From the human T2T-CHM13v2.0 reference genome, Homo sapiens: a stretch of DNA of 64,000 nt. A program made the translations under genes and the position numbers. The notes under the pieces are model-generated. The model saw nothing but the letters and a program-made list of their open reading frames with translations, was not told the origin of the DNA and ran no database searches. The stretch is from NCBI RefSeq assembly GCF_009914755.1, contig NC_060931.1; one strand, given 5' to 3'. Below, piece after piece: positions 1 to 20,977 of the stretch; the first letter of the stretch is position 1, and each line of letters starts with the position of its first letter.

Positions 1-1347
1 CTGGGCTGGCCAAGGCTGGAGCCCACTCCCTCAGCTTGCAGGGAGGTGTGGAGGGAGAGGCGCGAGCAGGAACCGGGGCTGCATGCGGCGCTTGCGGGCC
101 AGCTGGAGTTCTGGGTGGGCGTGGGCTTGGCGGGCCCTGCACTCGGAGCAGTCGGCCAGCCCTGCTGGCCCCGGGCAATGAGGGACTTAGCACCCGGGCC
201 AGCAGCTGCGGAGGGTGTACTGGGTCCCCCAGCAGTGCCAGCCCACCGGCGCTGCGCTCGATTTCTCACCGAGCCTTAGCTGCCTTCCCGCGGGGCAGGG
301 CTCGGGACCTGCAGCCCGCTATGCCTGAGCCTCCCACCCACTCCATGGGCTCCTGTGCAGCCCGAGCCTCCCCGACGAGCACCACCCCCTGCTCCAGGGC
401 GCTCAGTCCCATCGACCACCCAAGGGCTGAGAAGTGCGAGCGCATGGCACGGGACTGGCAGGCAGCTCCACCTGCAGCCCCGGTGTGGGATTCACTGGGT
501 GAAGCCAGCTGGGCTCCTGAGTCTGATGGGGCCTTGGAGGACCTTTATGTCTAGCTCAGGGATTGTAAATACACCAATCAGCACCCTGTGTTTAGCTCAA
601 GGTTTGTGAGTGCACCAATCCACACTCTGTATCTAGCTGCTCTGGTGGGGCCTTGGATAACCTTTATGTCTAGCTCAGGGATTGTAAATACACCAATCAG
701 CACCCTGTGTTTAGCTCCAGGTTTGTGAGTGCACCAATCGACACTCTGTATCTAGCTGCTCTGGTGGGGCCTTGGAGAACCTTTGTGTCAATACTCTGTA
801 TCTAACTAATCTGATGGGGACGTGGAGAACGTTTATATCTAGCTCAGGGATTGTAAACGCACCAATCAGCACCCTGTCAAAACAGGCCACTAGGCTCTAC
901 CAATCAGCAGGATGTGGGTGGGGCCAGATAAGAGAATAAAAGCAGGCTGCCCGAGCCAGCAGTAGCAATTTGCTCGGGTCCTCTGCCAGAGTGTGGAAGT
1001 CTTGTTGTTTTGCTCTTTGGGTCTACACTGCTTTTATGAGCTGTAACACTCACCGCGAAGGTCTGCAGCTTCACTCTTGAAGCCAGTGAGACCATGAGCC
1101 CACCGGGAGAAACGAACCACTCCAGACGCGCCGCTTTAAGAGCTGTAACACTCACTGTGAAGGTCTGTAGCTTCACTCCTGAGCCAGCGCGACCACGAAC
1201 CCACCAGAAGGAAGAAACTCCGAACACATCCGAACATCAGAAAGAAACTCCAGACGCACCACCTTAAGAGCTGTAACGTTCACCGTGAGGGTCCGTGGCT
1301 TCATTCTTTAAGTCAGTGAGACCAAGGACCCACCAATTCTGGACACA
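1..1347 (+). mobile_element. ERV9/LTR12 solo LTR (LTR12C-like), 5' end cut by window edge
   Basis: GC-rich U3; tandem enhancer repeats TCTAGCTCAGGGATTGTAAATACACCAATCAGCAC with 119-bp periodicity; AATAAAA TATA-like box at 935-941; U5 repeats GCTGTAACACTCAC; ends ...ACCAATTCTGGACACA at 1347. Confidence 0.93.
548..965 (+). promoter_or_regulatory. LTR12 U3 enhancer/promoter: six CCAAT (NF-Y) boxes, GATA site, TATA-like box
   Basis: CCAAT at 574, 615, 693, 734, 862 and 900; AGATAA near 926; AATAAAA at 935; matches known ERV9 LTR architecture. Confidence 0.75.
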
Positions 1348-1550
1348 CTGTGAGCACAGGTATGAGCCCCTGTGGTGTGCACAGGTGTGAGTCCCTGCCA
1401 AGAGCACATGTGTGTTTAGTTGGGCGTGCGCCTTTGGTTCAAACCTAGCCCCTTCATGTTTCAGCCATCTCAGCCCCACACACAGTATTACCTTTGACCC
1501 TCTGCCCACCTCTGCCTCAAGGCACCTCCCTACCTCTTAGCTTTGTTTGA

Positions 1551-2129
<579 letters not shown>

Positions 2130-2223
2130 TGAGAAGGAAGGACACAGGTGGGAAACTGAAGGACAGGAATGTGACCAGGCCCCCCAACGGTGCAGATGGA
2201 CAGGCATCAAGAAGATCCCTTTG

Positions 2224-3140
<917 letters not shown>

Positions 3141-3315
3141 AAAATGGACTATTGGAATAGCCATTTAATTTGCTGTCTTCCGAATATCTAGTTCACCACT
3201 GATGTTTGAGGAAACAGGCAAGTTTATACCTGTTGGTAGGCAGAGCAAAGAAGTATTCACTTTCATAGGGCCTGAGTGGAATTTTGGGGGTGTCCAGGTA
3301 AAGAAGAAAATTCAG

Positions 3316-3610
3316 GCTGGTCGAGGTGGCTCATGCCTGTAATCCCAGCACTTTGGGAGGCTGAAGTGGAGGGATTGCTTGAGTCCAGGAGCTTGAGACC
3401 AGCCTGGGCAACACAGGGAGACCCCAGTCTCTACAAAAAATTAGCTGGGCATGGTGGTGTGTGCCTGTGGTCCTAGGTACTTGGGAGGCTGAGGTGGGAG
3501 GATCACCTGAGCCCAGGAGGTCAAGGCTGCAGTGAGCCACGATCGCTCCACTGCCCTCCTGCCTGGGCGACAGAGTGAGACCATGTCTCCAAAAAAAAAA
3601 AAAAAAAAAA
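3316..3610 (+). mobile_element. AluJ
   Basis: GGATTGCTTGAG...CCAGGAG AluJ-type left arm; poly-A tail. Confidence 0.88.
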
Positions 3611-4133
3611 TCAAAAGTGGGGATCTTCTATAATATCTATATGTTCTGCTTGCATCTTGCCCTGGCCAAGTAGGGAACACTTGCAGCAAAGCAAAGCAAT
3701 CTTTTGTTTTGACTCCCCTGCTCCCTTGAGTTAACTCCAGCCCATTCCTGCGTTGTTTTGGGATCCAGAACAGCTGGGAGCACAGACTGCTGGAGAAATC
3801 AGGATGAAAACAATTCTGTTCCTACCAGCACCTTCCTGAACTTCTGAGAGAATTGCAGAATCCATGTTCTATAGGGCAATGGGTGTGGTGGGGCGGATCT
3901 CTGTTTTAGATTAACAGGAGGATTTATCATGCCAAGAGGTCAATATTTACATTGGCTTTAGCATCATGAGTATTTACTTCTCTGTTCAGTGGCTCTCCCT
4001 GCTGACTTCAGCAGAAGCAAGATCTGCTTTTTGTCTGCTGAAGAGGATGCTGACTGATTACGTTCTTATCAGAAAGGTCTGGAAACAAAACTGTCACGGA
4101 GCCCACTTCCTTGGTGAAGCTTGTCTTCTTTCA

Positions 4134-5278
<1,145 letters not shown>

Positions 5279-5368
5279 CTAAGGCTTTTGTGCACTTATA
5301 GCATGGGAGGAACACAAGATCCTTGACAAGTCGCTTCCTCTGTCTTCCCATCTGTAAAATGGGGATAT

Positions 5369-5586
5369 GGGCTGAGCACGGTGGCTCACACCTGTAATCC
5401 CAGTACTTTGGGAGGCTGAGGCAGGCAGATCACCTGAGGTCGGGAGTTTGAGGCCAGCCTGACCAACATGGAGAAACCCCAACTCTACTAAAAATGCAAA
5501 ATTAGCTGGGCGTGATGGCGCATGCCTGTAATCCCAGCTACTTGGGAGGCTGAGGCAGAAGAATCGCTTGAACCCAGGAGGTGGAG
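5369..5586 (+). mobile_element. 3'-truncated AluS inside a MIR
   Basis: Alu body; MIR core CATCTGTAAAATGGGGAT upstream and GGGATAATGACAAT downstream. Confidence 0.8.
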
Positions 5587-5773
5587 TAGGGATAATGACA
5601 ATCACTACCTTGTCCATGTCAGCATCTCTATGAGCAGTTGAGGACACAAGGGCCAAGAAAGCACTTTGTGAACAGACAGCCATGTTTGTCCAGCTTCCAT
5701 TTTAGTGGGGATATGGGGGGTGGTTATGTGGTAACCAAATGTCACCAAGGAAAGGAGGAGGAAGGAGAACTGA

Positions 5774-6350
<577 letters not shown>

Positions 6351-6533
6351 AAATCAAGGCCTTTAATGCTAGATGTCTCTGGTTCTTGGGAATAATGGCT
6401 TCTGCCTTTCCAGAAGTTTTGCATGGATTTAGACAATGGCAAGGGCACAGTTTTGAAATAGGGACAAGTACTTGTGTGGAATATCGGGACTCCGAGGGGT
6501 GGAGGTGGCAGCTGTCGTGACAACAGCAGCTAA

Positions 6534-6878
<345 letters not shown>

Positions 6879-6995
6879 TAGAAAACTTGGCCCTTTGGAG
6901 GACTCTGTTGACTACTTGATTTTAGGGCTGTTCAATTCTCCCACTTTTACTGTTCACCATATGTGTGTTTTTTCATTAAAAACAATGCAAATTCC

Positions 6996-7975
<980 letters not shown>

Positions 7976-8095
7976 TAAGCACTTGGAGGGTGGGTACCAG
8001 GCTATTTGCATTTTCAACATCCCTTCGCTGCACCCAGCACAGAGACGGGCACATAGAAGTGGCTTGTTATATGCTTACGGGCCAGAATGAACCTA

Positions 8096-8419
<324 letters not shown>

Positions 8420-8472
8420 TTATTCCTGCAGTTTCTGGGATGTATTCATGCTTGTCCTAAAGACTTTCATCC

Positions 8473-9051
<579 letters not shown>

Positions 9052-9545
9052 CTAGCACTATATGGAGTAATGTTATTCCTTTGTCTCCCTGTTTCTCCAT
9101 GGTCACTCTAGCTTGGGTGCAGCCCCTGGCACTGGAAAAATGAGTTGAAGATAATAAACGATATTGCTGTTCCCTTACCGTGATGCCCAGCAGCATAAAG
9201 CCCGGTTGACAGCAACATGGAATATGGAATTTCTCTGTTCTTTAAGATCTCATTATGCGTGGAAGGCAGGGGAAGGTGGAAGGCAGAACGCTTACAAATT
9301 CCTGGGGGGGATGACCTCATCATTTATTAGGTGTTGGCCAACTGCCCAAGGAGCACAGTTCAGATTCTTTTTGGGGGAGGCACTGAACATCCCCTGATAA
9401 CCTAAATTCTCCAAATCTTTTAGGCCTCAAGGGAGGGAAGGAGGGCGAGAGGAACGAAGCGATTCCATTAGGAAGCTGTTTACTCCTAGATGACCAACTC
9501 TGAGTTTAAGACAGAGACTTGGGACTTGGGAAGTATGGACATTCC

Positions 9546-9829
9546 ATTTATTTATTTATTGAGACAGAGTCTTGCTCTGGAGTGCAGTGGCGAGATCTTG
9601 GCTCACTGCAGCCTCCGCCTTTCAGGTCCAAGTGACTCTCCTGCCTCAGCCTCCTGAGTAGCTGGGAATTACAGGCGCCCGCCACCACGCCCAGCCAATT
9701 TTTGTATTTTTAGTAGAGACGGGGTTTCACCATGTTGGGCAGGCTGGTCTCGAACTCCTGACCTTGTGATTTACCTGCCTTGGCCTCCCAAAGTGCTGGG
9801 ATTACAGGCGTGAGCCACCATGCTCGACC
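9546..9829 (-). mobile_element. AluS
   Basis: (TTTA)n tail plus antisense body. Confidence 0.88.
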
Positions 9830-9899
9830 ATCTTCCTGTCACCTTCTAACAACAATCCTACAATCCTTCTTTGAGGGGAGAAGGACAGGCTCAGTATGT

Positions 9900-10473
9900 A
9901 ACCCAGGCTGAAGTGTCATGGCACCATCATGGCTCACTGCAGCCTTGAACCCTTAGGCTCAAGCAATCCTCCTGCCTCAGACTCCTGAGTAGCTGGGACT
10001 ACAGGCACACACCTCCACGCTTTGCTTTTTTTTTTTTTTTTGTGGAGATGGGGGGTCTCACTATGTTGTCCAAGCTGGCCTCGAACTCCTGGCCTTAAGC
10101 AATCCTCCCGCCTCAGCCTCCCAAAGCATTAGGTCTTTGTTGTTTTGTTTTTTGAGACGGAGTCTCACTCTGTCCCCCAGGCTGGAGTGCAGTGGCATGA
10201 TCTCAGCTCACTGCAACCCCGGGTTCAAGCGATTCCCCTGCCTCAGCCTCCTGAGTAGCTGGGATTACAAGTGCATGCCACTACGCCCAGCTAATTTTTT
10301 CTATTTTTTTAGTAGAGACAGGGTTTCACCATGTTAGCCAGGCTGGTCTTGAACTCCTGACCTCAAGTAATCTGCCCACCTCGACTTCCCAAAGTGCTGG
10401 GATTACAGGCGTGAGCTACTGTGCCCGGCTTCCAAAGCATTAGGATTACTGAAGTGAGCCATTGCCACCGGCC
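9900..10473 (-). mobile_element. AluJ with nested AluS (about 10134-10430)
   Basis: TSD CCAAAGCATTAGG flanks the inner element. Confidence 0.85.
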
Positions 10474-10600
10474 TCTACAATCCTTTTGCAAAATGTGCTC
10501 CAGTCCAGCAAACACTTCCATATTTGATGGTTTTTCTCCATCCTGTAGGCATTTTACAGACAGGAGTTTTCAACTGGTCACAGGGGCAGAGCAAGCCTCA

Positions 10601-10975
<375 letters not shown>

Positions 10976-11217
10976 CTAACCCGGGCAAGTAGAGTACGGG
11001 CTGGATTTCTGGTCCCACCTGGGCCTGGAGCAGGGTCCAAGCCCTATGGGAATCCTGCAACATAGAAAAGACCAAAACTTGAGTCCAGGCTGGTCTTGGG
11101 CCCAGCATGGGATCTGGGACTCTGCTTTTCTATTTATAAAAGGTGGAATTGTCCTACATCTTCCTGAAGCCCTTTTCTGGATAGGATGTCTCATGAATCT
11201 GTGATTCTAGCTACAAC

Positions 11218-11475
11218 TTTTTTCTTTTTTTGAGATGGAGCCTCACTTTGTCATCCAGGCTGGAGGCCAGTGGCCTGATATTGGCTCACTGCACCCTCCG
11301 CCTCCTGAGTTCAAGTGATTGGCTTGCCTCAGCCCAGCCTGTAGTTGAGATTACAGGCACCTGCCACCACACTAGGCTAATTTTTGTATTTTTAGTAGAG
11401 ACGAGGTTTCACCATGTTGGCCAGGCTGGTCTCGAACTCCTGACCTCAGGTGATCCGCCCACCTCGGCCTCCCAA
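11218..11475 (-). mobile_element. 5'-truncated AluS
   Basis: TSD TCTAGCTACAACTT. Confidence 0.9.
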
Positions 11476-12203
11476 TCTAGCTACAACTTCTCACCCCAAC
11501 TGACCCTTCCGCCCCTCCCAAAGCTTCTTACCTGGAAGAGACAGCGGGGCAGGTGGGGGCTGGAGGTTAAAGGGGAAGGAGGAGAATCCTGGGAAGCTCT
11601 GGTCAGTTTCTCACGGGAACGCAGTGCTTTGATCCAAAGAGCCCTGCACAAGGATCGGAAGACTCGCATTTGTCTGGCTTAACTTTCTCCAGCCTCAGTT
11701 TCCACTTCTGAATGGGACCATCGAGGGCAGTGTGGCGAGGATTCACCAACATCGTCCAGGTGAAATTGGCAGACACAGAATGGGCGCTCCAAAAGCATTC
11801 GCGGACCCGAAGAAGCTTTGGTTTCAAAGGTTCTAAGGTGTGTAGCGGGGGCCTGGGCGCGAGGTCTGGCTTTCGGGGTGTTAGGCTCCAGGGACCTCCT
11901 GCGGAGCTCGCACCCTAGCTCTGCCGCCACTGCCGCCTCCTCGGCCCCGGACCGCCGAGGGTTAACAAAAAAGCCCCACGCCCCCTTTGACGGCTTAGAG
12001 CCCACCTCGCCGAATTTGAAAAGGCGGCCCCGGAGAGGCGTGGGCGCCCCCCACACATTTCCAGCTCGCACCCGGGCTCCGATCGCTCGCCCCGCTCCTC
12101 TCGCTCTGCTCCTGGCCGGGGCTGCGGGTTCGGTCCGGGCGCCGGTGCGCTCCTGCCGGTCCTCGTGCCCGGGACTCCGGGTCCCCGCGGGCTGCTGCGC
12201 ACG

Positions 12204-12361
12204 ATGAAGCTGGCCCTGCTCCTGCCCTGGGCGTGTTGCTGCCTCTGCGGGTCGGCGCTGGCCACTGGCTTTCTCTATCCCTTCTCGGCCGCAGCTCTGC
12301 AGCAGCACGGCTACCCCGAGCCCGGCGCCGGCTCCCCTGGCAGCGGCTACGCGAGCCGCCG
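12204..12361 (+). CDS. COL26A1: Collagen alpha-1(XXVI) chain (EMID2), coding exon 1: signal peptide and N-terminus
   Basis: ATG at 12204 with A at -3; translates MKLALLLPWACCCLCGSALATGFLYPFSAAALQQHGYPEPGAGSPGSGYASR(R), recognised as the COL26A1 N-terminus; 158 nt, phase-2 donor CG|GTGAGT at 12362. Confidence 0.95.
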
Positions 12362-12371
12362 GTGAGTAGCT

Positions 12372-12850
12372 CGGGGCGGAGGGGCCGGGGGGTGGGGGGA
12401 GGGAGCGGACAGCGGGGGCCCTGGCCACTGGGTGGCTGGAGCGAGGCTTGGGGGCTGGAGAGCGGGGCGATCCGGGACTTGGGGGCGCAGGGCAGCGGGG
12501 ACTGGGGGCTGCAGACACCGGGCAGCTGGAACGAGAGCTGGAGGGGGTTGGGGTGCGGGGCGATTCGGGCCTGGGGGCGCGGGGTGGCGGATGCCAGGGG
12601 CAGGGGACACGGGGCAACTGGGACGAAACGGCGGTGGCTGGGGGTTGGGGTCACGGGGGGAAAGACTGAAGGGCCTTGGGTGCAGGGCGATTGGGGGCTG
12701 GGGCGCGGGGCGCGGGGCGGCGGGGGCTGGGTGCTGCAGACGGGGCAGCTGGAACGAGCGACGGAGGAGGCTGGGGGTTGGGGCCGCGGGGCCGCGGGGC
12801 CGCGGGGCTGCGGGGGCTGAAGGTTCGGGTCCGGCTCCGGGGCTGCGGTG
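12372..12850 (+). repeat. G-rich, G-quadruplex-prone region with a degenerate triplicated unit and GGGGCCGC repeats
   Basis: dozens of G3-G6 runs on the sense strand. Confidence 0.8.
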
Positions 12851-13504
12851 GTCTCTGGCCGCGCCCACCCTGTCCCTTCCTTTCTTCGCTTCCCCAACCT
12901 TCGCCCCCTCGTTCCGGGCTCCGAGTGGAGGTGGTTCCGACCGCCGTGGCTGGGGCTGGGGCTCTGCCCGGGGCGTTCGGCCGCTCACGTGGCTCTGCCG
13001 CTCACCTGCGCGGCTGCGGCTTTGTGTCGCAGAGCAGGTTCTCGGGTGGCCAAGGCCTCGCGTCCCGGGCACCCCTCTCCTATCAGCGTCCCCAGGACAC
13101 CAGAGGGGTCATTCCCGCCCAGTCTTTGGGGCTGAGGCCGCGGAGGATCCTCGGCTGCGACTCCCCAGCCACCCCGGGACGTGGAACCGGCTGGGATCGG
13201 GTGGCTCCGTGGCGGGGTTGGAGAGGGCGCAGGGTCACCGGGCCCGGGCGCCGGGACCCGCCAGGCGTCTCCTTCCTCTCGGCCGGCAGGTGGCGCCATG
13301 GCCACCCCCGGGACGCTCAGGGCTGCGGCTCCGGAGCCCGCATTTGAATTTCCCCACAAAACCATAAGCATGCAAGTAAAAGTTGCCAAACGCCTCGTTT
13401 GCATAACTCGCTTGAATTTAGCTTTCTCATTTAGTGATAACTACAACCTACAAAGCTATGACAGCGCTCTGGAATGCACTACCTGTGTCTGTTCCCTCCG
13501 TCTC

Positions 13505-14040
<536 letters not shown>

Positions 14041-14522
14041 AGATCTGGTGTTTTCTAGCATACTGCTCTGCCTATCAAAGCTAAAAGACAGCTCCCAGTT
14101 CTTTTTTTCTCCTTGATATTTACCAAATCAGAGGACTCCAAGATGATTTCTGGCTAATTCCTTAATAACAAGGAGACAGGGATGTTTCATGCTGGGAAGA
14201 AATATACACTCATGGCTGAATAGGGCGGGACCCAGAAAAGCATAAAAGTGCCTCTGGAAAAGTTTGTATGCAATCCTATTTCTCTCATTTTGTTTGGAAA
14301 TACTTACCCGGGGCTTCTATGAGGAGCATTCTCCAAACACCCACGCTAGTGTGGCCTCTGCACAGTTCCATATGAGGATTGTCTAAAAAACAAGCTTTTC
14401 AAGTTACAGAATAATATATACAACACAATTTCATTTATGAAAAGGAAAATCAGATCTACATCTAGGTAGATAAATGCCTGAAAAAAGTTTCTAGGAAACC
14501 ATTTCAGCAGTTAATGTTATGA

Positions 14523-15013
<491 letters not shown>

Positions 15014-15644
15014 TGAAATACGCCTGCAAAAAAGCAAGAGGTGAGGACCATGAAGAGCGGGAGCGAATGGGGACCTCATTCTGGCATTTGGTGGGTTGGA
15101 ACTTGGGGACCTCTGCAGAAACTTGGAAGGGATCATTTTAGCACAAACAAAAAGAGGCTCAAACAAGTGTGGAATCTTCCAGAACTCTTTCCACCAGGAT
15201 AAGAACAGGGAGAGGATATAATTAGGTTTAGGGAGGATGTGGATGAATCTGTGGGCAATGAATTCCTAAAAAGGATACCAGAAGGTGTTGGGGAGGCTTG
15301 GGGCACGTTGATATTCCAGAGTGTGACTGAGTCTCTTTGCCCAGAAAGCCCAGCGTGGGCATTGCAGGCACCTGGTTGTTGCCTGGGTGAGTTACAGGCT
15401 GGAGCTGGCTTGGGCGTCACATGTTTCTGTGTCTCATGAGCTATCTATCACAAGTGTCCCTTGTCCTTGAGATCCAAGATGTCCAGAAGCTGAAGGCTTG
15501 GGGACAGCAGTGGTCCTTGCAGCCTTGGCCTTCAGTAGTGTGTTTACCGGGGCTTGGCCTCAGTTGACAGGCAATGATGACAGGGCTGTTTCTTGACAAA
15601 GAATGCTTTAATTTCATTGTTACTGCTCCTTGTTAACGTCTGAT

Positions 15645-15946
<302 letters not shown>

Positions 15947-16361
15947 AAAAAGCAGTTTTTAATTGTTAGTTTGTTCAAATCAGGATCTAAATAAGTCTGC
16001 TTATTGGTTATTCTGTCTTTTCTCTCCCTTTTAGTGTAGGAAAGTCTTCCCCCTTTGAGAGAGTACTTTTTCCTCCACGCTGTTGACTTGTTGAAGACCA
16101 GTTGTTCTCTGCGATGTCCACGTACTAGATTTAGCTACTTCCTTCCCAGTGGTGTAGTTAATTTGATCTGCAATGTCCACGTACTAGTTTTGACTAATTG
16201 CTTCCCAGTGGTGTAATTAATTGGATCCTCTGCCCCCTGTATCTCTTCTATTTTGGAAGTTAGGTTGGAAGGTTTGATTAGATTTATGGTCTCTATTTGG
16301 GCTTGCTGGGAGAGACAGAAATTCTTCATAGGTGGTCTAGTCTACCATATTATATCAGGAG

Positions 16362-17053
<692 letters not shown>

Positions 17054-17464
17054 GAAGGACGTGGCTTTATTCTGGAAAGCTGGGTGTTAAATATTCAGCA
17101 GAACACCACTGTCTACAAGTCTCTTCCACTTCTCCCTTCTTTTTGTTGCAATTTATTTGTTGAAGAAACTTGGCCTTCTAGATTGTTCCTTTTTCAGGAT
17201 TTTGTTGGTTATATGCTCATGGTGCCTGTGAACATGTTCATCTGTCCTCTTTATTTCCAGATAATGGGAAATTAGATCAAGAGCTTGGTTGGATCTAGTT
17301 CTTCCTCCTCCTTCGTTTTCTATTTTGGCAGAATTACATCTTGGGTGCTGTAGTGTTTTTCCATTGGAAATCACAACGTCTGGTTGTCTCTCTCTTTCTC
17401 TCGTGATGCTTGAGGTGTTGGTGATCATTGCCTATGTCATTATTTCATTAAGGATCGCAAAGTG

Positions 17465-17944
17465 GATGCAAGACAGGCAGGCCCCCAAATTGGGGCTTAG
17501 CCAGGAGGGTTCTTGGCTTCACCCAGAAAAGAATTCAAGGGTGAGTGGGTGGTTTCAGACAGCAACTTTAATTGATGTGGCAGTATACAGCTGCAGCAGA
17601 GGTCCTGCTCCTTGCAGAGCAGGGATACCCCATAGGCAGTGTGCCCAGACTAGCAGCTCAGAGGCAGTTTGGCACTATTTATACTCACTTTTAACTATAT
17701 GCAAATTAAGGGGCAGTTTATGCAGGAATTTCTAGGATGAAGGTGGTAACTTCTAGGTTGTTGGGTTGTTGCCATGGAAAGGCATGGTAACTTCCGGGTG
17801 TTGCCCTGGCAAATGGTAACTGACATGGTGCCCTGGTGAGTGAGTCTTATGGGGATGTGCTTCGTCCTAACCTGTTTTAGCTAGTCCTCAATTTGGTCCG
17901 GTGTCAAGCCCAACCTCCAGAGTCAAGTCCCGCCTCCTACTTCA
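17465..17944 (-). mobile_element. ERV1 MER4-group LTR (MER66-like)
   Basis: reverse complement of the LTRs at 56768 and 61245; ends ...TAGCTAGTCCTCAATTTGGTCC...CCTCCTACTTCA. Confidence 0.78.
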
Positions 17945-18258
17945 AAGTAGTACTATAATTTTGACTCTTTTTAAAATTTGTAATTGCTAGAATACTTATA
18001 ATTTCCCCCTTATTTACTATTTGTAGGTAGCCAGATTTTGAGTGAGTTTTTTCTCTTTCCAAAAAAAAAAACAATTCTTTTTGCAAATGTAAGCAATTTG
18101 TGTGTGTATGTGTGTGTGTGAGCGTAACAGTGTGTATGAGTATGTGTGTGTTTGTGTCTGTATCCTCCTCCTTTTCTTACACAGAGGTAATATGCTAGTT
18201 ACTCTGTCTTCAACTTGGTCTTTTTCCATCATAATGTGTTGTGGAGATGGCTCTATCA

Positions 18259-18571
<313 letters not shown>

Positions 18572-18581
18572 GCAAAGGTAA

Positions 18582-18786
<205 letters not shown>

Positions 18787-18994
18787 TCTGCATCCATTTT
18801 TATGGGTCTGTTGTTCTGTACAGTGTGAGTGACTGTATTTATTCAGCTAGTCCTCTACTGATAGACACTTGTGTTGGTAAATGGCAAACACATGTTTAAT
18901 TCTGCTAGATAGCGTCAAGTTTCCCTCCACTGGGGTTACAGCATTTTGCATTCCCATCAGCAGTTTCTTCTTGGGGTACATTTTGAAGAGTCCA

Positions 18995-19303
<309 letters not shown>

Positions 19304-19475
19304 CTGAAGAGGACATTTTAAATGATGCTGGTTGATATGGCCTTTCAGGGGTAAGAATAGACTTCCCTGATCTTATAGCACCTGCAAGTCCTGGCCACCC
19401 CTAACCTTTTTGGGGCTTGGGGCAAGACTAAAGATGAAGACCATTCACCATTTGGCTAGATATTTAAAAGTATAA

Positions 19476-19816
<341 letters not shown>

Positions 19817-20514
19817 ACCTTTCCTTCATCTATACCTGCTGCTTCAAACTCTCTCTGTCTCTGAATTCACTTTCTTGTGGTTTCGTCTAAGCCAAAGTGC
19901 TTGGTGTGTCCCCTCCTCACTCAAAATGCCTCCCTCTTACCTTGACTCCCCCCTCTTTTGGTAGAACCACAAGCACCCTTCCTCCAGGAAGTCTCTCTGG
20001 ATTTACCTCCCAGCTTTCTGTTCATCTCATTTGTGGGTAGCCCCTGCACCTGTGATTTGTGGGTAGCCCCTGCATCTGTGATTGTGGTTTTGGTTCTAGA
20101 ACTCACTTCGGCCAGTTTCCCTCCTTGCAGATGGAGTCATTTCTCCTTCCTCATTTACTCCCTACAGGAGTGGCTCTGAGCAGCCGTCCTTGGGCAAGCG
20201 TGCATGAGCTGGAGCTTAGCCCTGCGCACCACCCACCACTGCCTCTTGGAAATGTGAGCCGCTCCAGGTCAGGCATTTAATCACCTTGCATTCACTGAGC
20301 CCACGTGTAGGTAGGGTAGAGGCTGGGGACTCAAACGTGAAGGCAGGGGGCTGTGCCTGGTGGCCTGCATGGAGGAAGAGCTCAGCAGACTCTGGGGAAG
20401 TGGATGATCACATCCATGGGGACTTGTCCCTCCGACTGGATTGCATGCCTCTGCAGTGTTGGACCCCTGCCTTTGCTCTCTGGTTCCCTACATTCAAGAA
20501 TTGGCAACTGTGAT

Positions 20515-20977
<463 letters not shown>

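Larger units (their letters stand above)
11780..13345. promoter_or_regulatory. COL26A1: CpG island / COL26A1 promoter spanning exon 1
   Basis: very high GC and CpG density; EGR1-type GCGTGGGCG at 12038-12046; TATA-like TTTGAAAA near 12015-12022; no upstream ATG seen in the GC-rich leader. Confidence 0.88.

Noticed and set aside
548-905. Regularly spaced ~40-bp repeats that superficially resemble a CRISPR array
   Set aside because: Known ERV9 U3 enhancer repeats with no unique spacers; eukaryotic context and no cas genes
36-1227. ORFs of 77-172 aa in the first 1.3 kb
   Set aside because: They lie wholly within the LTR12 and are typical LTR open frames
12165-12365. 66-aa standalone ORF
   Set aside because: It is COL26A1 exon 1 read from an upstream GTG into the TGA of the GTGAGT splice donor, not a complete gene
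11679-13404. Long overlapping ORFs (200-312 aa) on both strands around the promoter
   Set aside because: Pro/Gly/Arg/Ala-rich products of stop-poor CpG-island sequence, many with non-ATG starts; no recognisable domains
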